This document shows, one piece after another, positions 14,181-25,557 of a stretch of 64,000 bases of DNA (positions within the stretch are counted from its first letter, which is position 1; the number at the start of each line of letters is the position of its first letter). A program made the translations under genes and the position numbers. The notes beneath the pieces are model-generated. The model searched no databases and had not been told where the DNA came from. It worked only from the letters and a program-made list of their open reading frames with translations. This DNA is from Lama glama. Taxonomy: Eukaryota. The stretch is taken from NCBI GenBank assembly GCA_028534125.1, contig CM052816.1, positions 10,232,001-10,296,000 on the forward strand, given 5' to 3'.

Positions 14181-15284
14181 ATTCTGTCTCTCTCATGCTC
14201 TGTGTTCCAGCCACGTGTGGTAGATTAGTTCCTACAATGAACATATTCAGTCTCGCCTGTAGACCTTCACAGATGTCCTTGCACCTGCAGAAGTTCCCCA
14301 GCCCCTCACCTTACTAATTTCATCATCCTTCCTGCTCAGTTACTGGGGGAAGCCTTCCCCACTCACCTAAACCACAGGCTGGCAGGCATAACATTTTCCT
14401 GAACTCTCCCTTTGTTTGTCAGAGCTGTCCCATAATAAGCACTTAACAAATGATAATTATTTACTAACATCATTCTTGTTGAGAAACTTACTGTCAGAAA
14501 TCAAATAAATGGCAGGGGGAGGGGAAACAGCTTTACAAAAGTAATGAATTCTCCCACCTCTTGTGGCAGGTAACCAGGTTACAGCAGAAGGTATCACGTA
14601 GCATTTGCCAAACTTCAGTCATTCTTATGCTAACATCAGGGTGTCTACCATATCTCTGCAATATTCATACTCTGCCCAGAATTTTCTTTATATTGGTTCA
14701 TTTTTTTGTTGTTGTTTAGGTTGATTTGTTTTGAAGAAATATTAAATCACAACCCTTAATGAGAAACTAGTCTTTGGGAACAACCTACCTATTTCATCTC
14801 TCTCCTTTTCCACATCAGGGGACTGAGACCTGGAGAAGGGAAGGAACTTTCCTCCAGTCTTTTGCCAAGTATGTCTCAATGGCATATCAATGGAGAGAAT
14901 TCAGATTTCCCACTTTTTCACCCGCATCCTTTACAGTATTCCCCGCTGCCTCGTGGGAGTTTCATTCTGGACAAGTCCTGTTTTTGTGTGCGTGACACAT
15001 TTGGAAGGGACTGGCAGAACAATCCATACTTATTTTTGCTCATTTATAAAGCTAACTAAGGAACCACACTGGTGGTAGCTGTTGCTGGTATAAAATAACG
15101 CCCTAACCCAATGGAGTCATTTATGTTTCAGAAACCATGACTGACCGGCGACTTCCTAGCTCTTAAGATCCGCTCCAGTAGCTTCTCCCTACTTTACCAA
15201 CAAGTAAAAACAATAAAGTTAATTTGAACAAACTTCATCATTGCAGTAACAGTATTGTAATGGAAAAGCTGTTTCTTCTTTATA

Positions 15285-15828
15285 AAAAGCTTTATTGAGA
15301 TTAACTCACATTTCATACAATTGAATTACACTATTCAGTGTTTTTAGTGTGTTCCCAGGGTTGTGCAATCATCACCAAAATATAATTTTAAGTTTTTCCC
15401 CCCTGAAAGAAACCAACATCCATTACTAGACAATCTCCATCGCCCCACCTTCCCGCTCCCCAGTCCCCTGAACACTAAGTCATCACTAATCTGCTTAATC
15501 TACTTCCTGTCTCCATGGATTTGCCTGGACTTTTCATATAAGTGGTATCATATAATACATGGTCTTCTGTGACTGGCTTCTTTCACTTCACATAATGTTT
15601 TCAAGGTTAGTCATGCTGTTGCATATATCAGCACTCCATTTATTTTTATAGCCAAATAATAGTCCAATGTATGAATATCCATTCATTAGTTGTTGGACAT
15701 TTGGGTTTTCCACTTTACGGTATTTATGAATAATGCTGCTATAAATAGCCACGTACAAGTTTTTGTGTGGATGTATGTTTTCATTTCTCTTGGGTGTGGA
15801 ATCACTGGGTCATGTGGCAGTTCTGTGT
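15285..15828 (-). mobile_element. Old L1 (L1MB-like) 3' end
   Basis: AGCTTTATTGAGATT...GTTGTGCAATCATCACC...GACTGGCTTCTTTCACTT...AATAATGCTGCTAT. Confidence 0.85.
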
Positions 15829-16962
15829 AAAGCTATTGTTCTGCCTGCCCCAAATCCTTGACTCTTCCTTCTAGTAACAGTCTTTCCCACTTTCCATTTT
15901 GCTGTGTAATTTCTCCTACTTCGGCTACAGTCTTGGTGGAACTGTTGTTAATCAGCTCATCAGAACCTGCCCTGGCCAAGGGGGGAGCATGTGATCCAAG
16001 TCCTGTCAATCAGATGCCCTCTCCCTGAAATTTCGTTCTTTGGCAGAAGGACAGTGAGGCTGAGAAAGGGAGGAACTCATTCATCACTGTCCATTCACCT
16101 ACTACATCACATTCTACCATCTGAATCTCAGGGCTGTATTTATGCTTCAACTTTTTCTTCAAGTATCATATTATACCGAACCCTTCCAAAAAAATTCCTT
16201 GATTTTTTTTCCTCTTAAGCAGGTCAAAGGTAGCTTTGTTGCTTGCATCTACCTTTAGCCACATTTTGAATACTTTCTTTGGATAAATAAAAATACATAC
16301 CTATTTCTTACCCCAAACTAGTCTTTCTTTTGATGCTACACTTGACTCAGTTGACTAACTCAAGTCTTTCCCCCTACCCCAGTCCATCATCCAAGAGGGA
16401 AAGGAAGAACACTCTCCATTATATGCCCTGATCCCCAAAATGTGGAATTCAAACAAGTCCTTGAATTCGCCCTGTGTTTCAAAGACAAAAATGCTTATAC
16501 CAGAGCTACCAGCAGTGGTTTCTTCTTTCTTGGTCAAGTTATAATCTCAGGCTTTCACAGAAGTCTGGTCCCTGCTCTTTCATGTATGTAAGGAGGATGC
16601 AGTTAAGACAAGTTAAAGGTTTTGCATACCTTTATCCTGAATTAAACCACAGGCCCACAGAAGGATTCTTCAAATCCAGAGAATAGGTCCTGAACTCTTC
16701 TTTCCAACTGTGAAAGATAAAATGCATGTGTAATTAAAGAAATGATTTTGTCCCTGCTATTGCAATAAGGAAAATGTGCATTAATGAAGAGCATCTCAAA
16801 GGAAAGGACAGGGACCTGTGGTTTATAGAGGGAAGTAGACAAGGCATCATGTGGCAGAGTGGAGATGGGTGATAACTGAGTCATATGGGAAGGGTTGTCC
16901 TTTGAGTTTAGATTTTCCTGATACAGTAAAGCTAAGGAACACTTAGGTGAAATTCAGTGTAG

Positions 16963-16994
16963 TTCCTTCCTTCCTTCCTTCCTTCCTTCCTTCC
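16963..16994. repeat. (TTCC)8 microsatellite
   Basis: Perfect tetranucleotide run. Confidence 0.95.
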
Positions 16995-18174
16995 ATTTCT
17001 TTTTTCTTCTTTCTATATTTTTGTTCACTCAGGAAAAGTATCTACCTTTATGCTGGGACTAGGGCTCTGGGCTTAAGACAGAGGATCCTGCTCTTAGGTT
17101 CCTGTGAAAGGAAACAGCTTAGTAGGTGTCTTGACCTGCATAGGCCGAGGAAGCACTTGGTTTTGAGGCAGATTCTCTTCCTCCTACTGCCTCATTCTCA
17201 TCATTCGCCTTCCCATGTCACCTCCTCCTCTTGGTTTCTATGCCTTGGATCAAGATGCCATTCTATCTAGATAGCACATCCACATTTCCCTACTACCTCT
17301 CAGGTCAGTCTAAGTGCCTTTTCCACCCAGGAATTTTTCTAGATTTCAAATGAAGTACATGAGTTGGCTTTGATGGTTTCTACCAAGCCTCATGGCATTT
17401 CTTATAGAGGATCTACTTTTTCTTAGTTTTATGGAAGGTGGTATCTAAAAGTAGCTTCAGGGTAACCTCCAGTCCCCTCTTCCCCCTGAATTGCCTCTCC
17501 TAAATGCCTCACACAGAAATTCTAACAGGTTCCTGGAGCTGAATGACTCTCCCTCTTTTATTTATATTCTTTAACCATCTGCCTTACTGAAATCATTTGT
17601 AAATATCAGCTCCGGTAGTATGTATCATGTGTCTTTCTCCCAGAATGCCTTTCACACCTATTGGGTGTAAGTCTTCCTGGGTTTGAGGAGCAAAAGTGAA
17701 CTACTTATTACAGGGAAAAACTGCGCCTCAGTGGAAAACTATACCTTGTCTACAGCACATATTTCCAGTGTTGTCTTACTCTGGTTCTATGGGAGTTACT
17801 GTTCTGAAAGCTGTGAATAACTGATAGCAAGGTAAAAGAATTCTTGTCTATAGACATGCAAATTATATCCAGTGGAGGAAGTCCAACGGACTCTCCTCCC
17901 CCAATGTGGAAGAGTTCTGTTTAGCCTCCACTTTACATTCATTTGAATATTTCTCATCTATAAGTGTGCTTTTTTTCTTTTTTTTAGTGGTGCTTTTAAC
18001 ACATCTCAGGTTTCCTCTTTAATGAATTAATACAATTTTTGACATGTGTTCATATTTAGATCTATATGAGAGTCATAATTTTACCTTTTTTTGAAAATTA
18101 TATTTTACCAAGATTGAGTGCAGTAAATTGCTCAGATCATCCAGGTTCATTGAAGAAATGAGTTCAGGGGAAAC

Positions 18175-18410
18175 ACAGTGTAGTAGTTAAGAATATAGGA
18201 TTTGCAGTTAGACTCCCTGGATTCAAGGTGTACCCAGATCTACCACTTTTTTTTTTCCCCTAAGCTCTGTGACCCTAGATATGCTGCTTAACTTCTCTGT
18301 GCCTCAGCAAACATAACAGTACTTGTATAAGATTGTAAGGATTACATGAGCTCCTCAAACAATGTGTGGCATATAGTAAGGACTCAGTAAATACCAGCTT
18401 TTAATACTAT
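18175..18410 (+). mobile_element. MIR SINE
   Basis: ACAGTGTAGTAGTTAAG...CTGTGACC...CTTAACTTCTCTGTGCCTCAG...GGCATATAGTAAG. Confidence 0.75.
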
Positions 18411-20869
18411 GATTTAATAAGGAGACATGTAAGTAGATTCTGGGCCCCAGTAAATCTTATCAGGTTAAAAACAGCAAAAATTTTCCAATCACATGTCTCA
18501 GGTATCACAGTCACAGTTCCACGTGTAGCAGGACAAGTTGAGGTGACAGAAAGAGGTAGAATCAAACACACTTGAGCTATCATCTGCCACCTTGTCCCAC
18601 TTTACAAATGCAAATAAGGCATTAAAATGTTAGCCCTGGGATTTTCAAAACAAAGCCTCTTGGTTGACAGACAATAGGCCCTTCCTGTTTCTCTCTCTCT
18701 CACCTTTAGACACCACCTCTGACACCCTCCCAGGATTTCTTACCCATCTCCCCTCTGACTCAAAATAGGAAATGGGCTGGGGCACAATGATCAGGGTTAT
18801 TTCTGTCTCAGGAGACCCATTTTCAAGGTACCAATTTAGAAACCCTTCCTAGCCAATTCCTGCTAATGTATTTTCTGAGACACGTTGGGGTCCTCTGTGA
18901 CCTTACATTTTACCATCTCCGTTTCTGGCCAGATGATAACAAAGCTTCTTTGTAAGTATCTCTGATTGGCTGTCAGAAGGACAGAGATTAAAAAAGAAGA
19001 TAAAGAACCCAGAAATGGTAAGGTAGGAAGAGGAAGTATCAGACTGAACTGGAAAGCAGCCTTTATCTGCACACACATGGCAATTTGTGAACTACACTCA
19101 GGAGGAACAAATTTTATCTCAGGTAAACAATCAGAGTGCTGTTTGGTTCGGTTTCTTGTTTGTTTTAGGAGGAAAGTTTTTTTTTTAGCTGCTTTTGTTT
19201 TATCAGTATCAGAACAAATTTTTGAAGATTTTGATGCATAGTTTCAGTTTGAAGTGTCTGCTTTTCCACTATGTGATCATCTCCATAAATAAAAGGTGAA
19301 AACCACATCGATTCTTTTTCTTCAAGTGTCAAGATTCTTAATTATGAATTCATAGGCCCTTGAGAGGTCAAAATAGGTGAACATTTGAAACATATATATT
19401 TTAATAAATTCTTCTGGGGGCTTTACTTTTGTTAGCTATTTGAAAGGGCTAAAGATTAACCCAAATTTATGACTCACTGATTTAGTGAATTTTTTAAAAG
19501 ATGGAGTAATGTTATCCTTTCTTCCAGTCAGTAGGCAAAAAGGACAGGCAAGTGAAGAAGGGATTTTGACTCAGCCTTTGTTTCATCTCTCCTCCAAGGC
19601 CAGCACTTGGCTTTGAGTGAATGTAATTCAGGGACACAGAGAGGGATTGCAGAAAGCCACAGAGTATGTGATCATTGCAATTTCACAGACTAGCAGGAGA
19701 CCACTTTTCAAAATTCTCATCTATTCCATGCCATCAAAAAATAAAGAGAATTGGGTTCATCTTTCATTTGGAGAAGTAAGCCTTCAAGGTCAACTAGTTT
19801 AGTGAAGTGGACCAAGTTCATTCCAGTGTCAGATAACGTTCTGACTTTTTAGAATGTTTGGAGGGATTTGTTCTCTGATGAGGGTGAAAAGTCACCACAT
19901 TAAGGCTATCAATGACTCATTGCAAAGGTCAGGGGGGAGAGACTATTCTCTGCCCCTAGCACAGCATAAATGGTTGAATTCATTCTCCCAGTTTCCAACC
20001 TGCTTCTGAAATGTCCTGGACTAGAGAAAGCAGAGGGGAACAGGGGATGGGAGAGTTTATTTATTGCTCAGTTTTGTTCCTCAGTAGACAGCACAGCCAT
20101 ATTGAAAAATTTTTTAATCATGTATTTATCAAGACTCAAAAAAGGAAGTTGCTTTTGATGAAGGAATTTCATATTTAGGAATCGTTTACCTCTGAACAGC
20201 ATCTTTAGAAGTAGACCTGGGCCATCATTAGCTTTAAAAAGTTCTCCAAGTGATTCTAATGTGAAGCCAGAATTGAGAGTCATTGGTTAGAGTCAGAAAA
20301 ATCTGGTTTTTCACACCGTTTTACTATAAATCACTTCAGACTCAAAGCCTGTTTCCTTATCTCTACAGTGGGGACAGGCAACAAATAATATATTAGACTA
20401 CAATAAATATGGAAAAAGGGGAAAAAAGAAGGGCACACTCTTAAAATGATATGTTAATCCTTTCCCATCCCACAATAGACACTCTCCTCCACAGAGTTAT
20501 AAAAGTGACAAATGTCTCATTACCATATTCAAATGTAATGAATTTTAAATGACTGGGCTTTTTAAGGTGATTAATTCTGACCAAGCACTTTTTCCTCTTG
20601 TCTGAGAGAATAATAATCATTAATTTACAGTAAGCAGGTGATTCACAGTCTACTCACACACAAGAGATTTCCTGGCCAGAGCCAGTGGGGAAGATCAAGC
20701 CATCTTGGCTGGCTGCCTGTCCTTCCATGGGATTATTATTAAGATGAAGTGTATGCCCAGCTGAGACAGTTGTCCTAATCACCATGCATCTTCTGAGGAT
20801 GTTCCCCGATCCCTGCCACATGTCCTTTGTCTCCTTTCTAATAACACGAGCAACCATTTTGGAGAGCTT

Positions 20870-21075
20870 TCTCCCTGCCAGTCAATTTGTGCTAATGATT
20901 TTATGTACAGTATTGCATTTAACCCTCAAAACAGCTTTGTGAATGAAGTCTATTATCTCCATCTTACAGACGAGGAAATAGGCTTAGAAAGGTTAAAAAC
21001 ATGCCCATGGGCACAGAGCTAATATTGAACACACAGATTTGAATTCAAGTCTATCTGGCTCTTAACCGTTACCCT
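20870..21075 (-). mobile_element. MIR SINE
   Basis: TATTATCTCCATCTTACAGACGAGGAAATAGGCTTAGAAAGGTTAA core (reverse orientation). Confidence 0.75.
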
Positions 21076-21513
21076 AAATTTCTTCTTGGCCCAGCCAGAT
21101 TCTGCCTTTTGTTCTAGCTCAAATCAGAAAACAAATAACGTATCCATCTCAGAAAACCAATATTTAGTGTTTTTGTTACTATAATAACTAGCATTTTTGA
21201 AGGCTTACCAGGCATCAGGTACTTTCTGTGCCTTCAGCTTTCTATTCAGCCACCTCTTCTAGACTTTCTACACAAATTCTTAAATTTGTAAACTAATGAA
21301 TTTTTTTACACATTGAAAATTATGTACATGCACTTACATATGTATACCATGTCTACTCACTTTATTTCTCACCCTCTTTGCTACCTTCTTCTGCTCATAG
21401 GAAACTATCTGCACTTCCAAGAACCAGCCATGCTATCTCCTGCCTGTGGGGTTTTGCATACAGTCTTCTGCAGCATGCTCCTTCAAGTTCACTTTCCTGC
21501 TCCTTACTCATTC

Positions 21514-21688
21514 TTTCTTTTTTTTTTTTTTTTTTTGAGCAAAGGTAGATTTATTCAGAGAGATACATTGAAAGGCAAGAGAAAGGCCACGAGGTGTAGG
21601 GATTGGGTGCTCAGATTAAAAGTAAGTATACATTCCATAGTCAGAATGTGGGCCATCTCCGAAGAGAGACAGAGAAAGAGAGAGGGCC
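21514..21688 (-). mobile_element. Short polyadenylated retroposed insert resembling an ERV LTR R region
   Basis: Minus strand: GCCCTCTCTC...GATGGCCCACATTCTG...AATAAA (21550-21555), 13 nt spacer, then poly(A). Flanked by direct repeat CTCATTC(T/C)TT at 21507 and 21689. Confidence 0.7.
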
Positions 21689-22116
21689 TCATTCCTTAGA
21701 TCTTGGTTTCCCACACCCTCCAGAGATGGCTTTATGTGCCCCATGTCCGAGCTGATCTTTTTGGTAGCACTAGCGTCATATTTTCATATCCTTTATTCAA
21801 AATTTATGTCTTCTCTGTGATGTTGGGAGCTCCTATACCACAATGATTGATTCACCAGCTGTTCTTAGCAAAATGCCTGCATATTGTAGAAACTTGGGAT
21901 TTTTTTTTTTAAATAAGGGAATTCCAATTTCTGTAATCTGGGCGGCACCACATGCCACATTTCAGAACCTTGCATTGCCAGCCTTCGTGAAGTGTAACTA
22001 AAAGCTATTTGGTACAGCACAGCAGGAACATGTAGACCTATTTTACTTGATCAATGACTTTCTCTTTTCTTTTTCAATTATTAGCTTTTCCTGGGCCATT
22101 CTCAAACTTTGCATTT

Positions 22117-22292
22117 AAATTTTTTTTAATTTTTATTTTACTTTCACTTTTATTTATTTATTTTTGTTTTTTGTTTTGGTGGGGAGGTAATTAGGTTTAT
22201 TTATTTATTTATTTGATGGCGGTCCTGGGGATGGAAGCCAGGACATCATGCATGCTAAGCACACACTCTACCACTAAGCTATACCTTCTCCC
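22117..22292 (-). mobile_element. tRNA-Ala-derived SINE (camelid vic-1-like)
   Basis: Minus strand GGGGAGAAGGTATAGCTTAGTGGTAGAG...CTTAGCATGC...CCTAATTACCTCCCC plus A-rich tail; 16 bp TSD CTCAAACTT(T/C)GCATTT at 22101-22116 and 22293-22308. Confidence 0.88.
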
Positions 22293-23125
22293 CTCAAACT
22301 TCGCATTTGACAGACATAGACACATTAGCTAAAATCAGTTTGTTGCAGATTTAGAAATAGGACTAGGGAGCCATTGGAGTAATTAAATTACTAGCCTCAT
22401 CCAAACTTCTTTTGGTCCTTCTTGATACATGGAACACAAGTTCAGTTCTTTGGAGTTAATGTTAAAATTTAAAGCAGAGTATTTTGGCTTATAAAAAATA
22501 GCAAAGTCAAAACAGGATGCTGTACCATAGTGTACAAGATCTTTTTAAGCACCCTTTATAAAGTAAAAAACAATCTAGAACCAGTCAGAGCATTCTAGTG
22601 TAGGTTAGAAAAGTCCCAAGTTGCATGACTTGCAATCAGTATGACCTATCACCATTTAGAACAGAGAATCCTGAGCGTTCTGGGGATTTGCTCTTTGGAA
22701 AATTCCATCAGTCACCAAACTGTATTCAGGTGTGTGAACTGCCCTTGAAAGGACCTATGAGGTGTGGTGCTGAAAGAACAGTTCCTAGGGAAGCCTTTTC
22801 ACCTACACCAGCACAGACAGGGAAGTGTGACCTGGCGATCTCCTCCAAGTTAGGAAGCACCAGCAACATGAAACAGAGAAAGAGCTTCAGTAGAGATGGT
22901 TTCCAATTAGAGATAACAAAGGATACTGTTTCTTAGAATGTGCCCTGACTGAGAGCCACCTGCCACAGAAATACCTGGGAGATGCATGCAGATTTCTTGA
23001 CTATATTCAGACTTTTGCTTATCTGTTGTCAAACTGCTGTTTAAAAAAGCTGCACCTACAAATATCCCCAGAAGTGATGAAAACATATTTTACTATGTAT
23101 TTATCAGCCTGAACTCACTAGAGAT

Positions 23126-23794
23126 CAAAGGTTGACAGAATTTTGCTGTAAAGGGCCAGATAAATACTTTCAGTTTTGTGAACTGAGCAGTCCCTGTTGC
23201 AATGATTCACCTCTGCAGCTGCAGTGGGAAAGCAGCCATAGGCAATACGTAAACAAATGAGCATGACTGTTTTCCAATAATACTTAATTTATGGACTTTA
23301 AAAATTGAAACATATAATTTTCACATGTCATAAAATATTTTCTGGGTTTTTTCCAGCTTATTTTATTTTTTTATTAAGATAAAAAAATCACAAAACATAA
23401 AATTCACCATTTACCCATTTTAAAGTGTATAATTCAGTACTTTTTAGTATATGTATTCACAATGGTGTGCAACCATGACCATGATGGAGTATTTTTTTTT
23501 TAATTGAGGTACAATTGGCATATAACACTATATTAGTTTCAGGTGCACAACAAAATGATTTGGCATTTGTATACATTGTGAAACAATCACCACAATTCTA
23601 GTTATGAATATCCATCACTGTATGTAGTTACCAATTTTTTCTTTTTTTCTTGTGCTTAGAACTTATAAGATTTACTGTCTTAGTTTTTTTACCCCAAGTA
23701 TTTAAAAATGGAGAAAACATTCTTAACTTGCATGCCACAGAAAAATAGAAATTGAGTTGGATTTGGCCCACAGTCTGCAATTTGCTGACCACTA
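23126..23794. mobile_element. MER58B-like hAT-Charlie element interrupted by L1 3' fragments (~23355-23685)
   Basis: CTGTAAAGGGCCAGATA...GCAGCCATAGGCAATACGTAAACAAATGAGC at left; GGATTTGGCCCACAG...TTTGCTGACC at right; two L1 3'UTR stubs between. Confidence 0.78.
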
Positions 23795-24942
23795 AGATGG
23801 GTGTCATTAAGTTGGCCATAGTAATAATCACAGAAATTACTTTTGGATTGCACTTAACTTTCACAACATGGATAAAAGATAAAACTTCTGAATCTTCCCC
23901 TATGCACTTCCACCATTCCCTTCTAAAAGAAGAGAAGAAACTTTTATTTCAACTTAATGGAAAAAGCCCTGCAAGGGTTATCACCTGCAGAGGAGCTGGG
24001 AGACTTAGCCATGTGCACATAAATGAAGTTCTCAAGTCTCCAACTTCAGACCACTTCTGAGCCTCATCATGAGAACTTCTGAGGCCACCTAGAGTCGAAG
24101 GGGGCTGCTGATTCTGCAGTAGAAGCAGCTGATGGAGGCTGCCTAGCTGGGATAATCATCTTACTGTGACCACATAGGCAAGAGTCTGCCACTGATCTGC
24201 CTCACAGGATTTGGCTTCTCCAGCTCAAATATTCGTGGAGGTTCTTATCCAACTAATAACTCATGGAGATATTCCCTAAGACTTTCTCCCTAAACTTAAT
24301 ATAAATTTCCATTTCACATACACTTCTACAACTATACCATTTGATCCTTACAGCAATCTTGCTGGAACCTTATAGCAACTTTGCAAAATAGATAAGTCTG
24401 TTAGGTTTACTGTCCTATTGTGCAAATTGTAAAGATTCAGGCTCTTTGCCTAAGAGCACTCTATTAGTAACTGACGCCGCCTGAAGTAGAATCCCGATTC
24501 CCTAATGTGCTCTTCCCACCGCTTCACAAGGACTCTCAAAAAATCCTGCTCAACACAGACGTTTTATTTAATTCAGTATATGTTTTGTTGTCTGTTACTA
24601 GGCAAAATGTACTATCATTTTGTGCATTTGTGCTGATGCCTTGAATATTATAGGGCAACATTCTTTTGTTAAAATATAATTTTGAATTATGCGGTCATAT
24701 CCATGTCCCTATAACCATCCTCAAATATTATACATATAGATATTTGAAACTTTGAACTTATTTTGATTCTTCGATATTTTGGTGCTTAGTGTAGTCTCAA
24801 GCAGTAAGTGCTAAGTAGGGAAAGAAGTTGTATAGACATGTAAGAAATGGCTAGGCTGGCCCACTTTTCAACAACTTTCCCAATGGAATAAGAGTATTAT
24901 TATGAAATCCTCACCTATTAAAGATTCTGGCCTATGTGTCTT

Positions 24943-25557
24943 TGTGGCAAGTAGAATTCTAAGGTGGCCCCCAACTGTCCTGCTACCCTGGTTGTATACA
25001 CTTCTCTCAGTTATTTAATCAAACATTAATCTAGGTGCTGCTCTGAAAAGCTTTTGCAGATGCAATTAAGACCATTAATCAACTGATTTTAAATTAGGGA
25101 AATTATCCTGGGTGGGCCTTGCCTAATCAGGTGACACTTGGGGAGAAAAAAAATAAGTCAGAAACTGAAAGCAACAGAGATTCTCCTGCTGATCTTGAAG
25201 TTGCACATAGCCATGTTGTGAACTGCCTGGGAAGGGGATCACATGGTAAGGACATTAGGGTGGGCTCTAGGGGCTTGGAGTGGTCCCTGGGTGATAGTCA
25301 GCCTGGCTGGTGGACATGTAACTGCAAAGAACTGAACTCTGCCACCAGTCAATGAGCTTGGAAGGAGACCCCAAGACTGAGATGCGATCTCAGCCTTATC
25401 TGACACATTGAGTTCAACTTGGTGAGACCTGAGCAGAGGTCCCAGCTAACCTCTCCCCAGGTTCCTGACCCTTGAAAACTCTGAGATTAAAAAAAAAGTG
25501 TTGTTTAAGCTGCTAAATTTGTGGTAATTTGTTATAGAGCAATGGAAAACAAATACA
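24943..25557 (+). mobile_element. Solo MaLR LTR (MLT1E/F-like)
   Basis: TGTGGCAAGTAGAATTCTAAGGTGGCCCCC...GCTAAATTTGTGGTAATTTGTTATAGAGCAATGGAAAACAAATACA. Confidence 0.85.
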
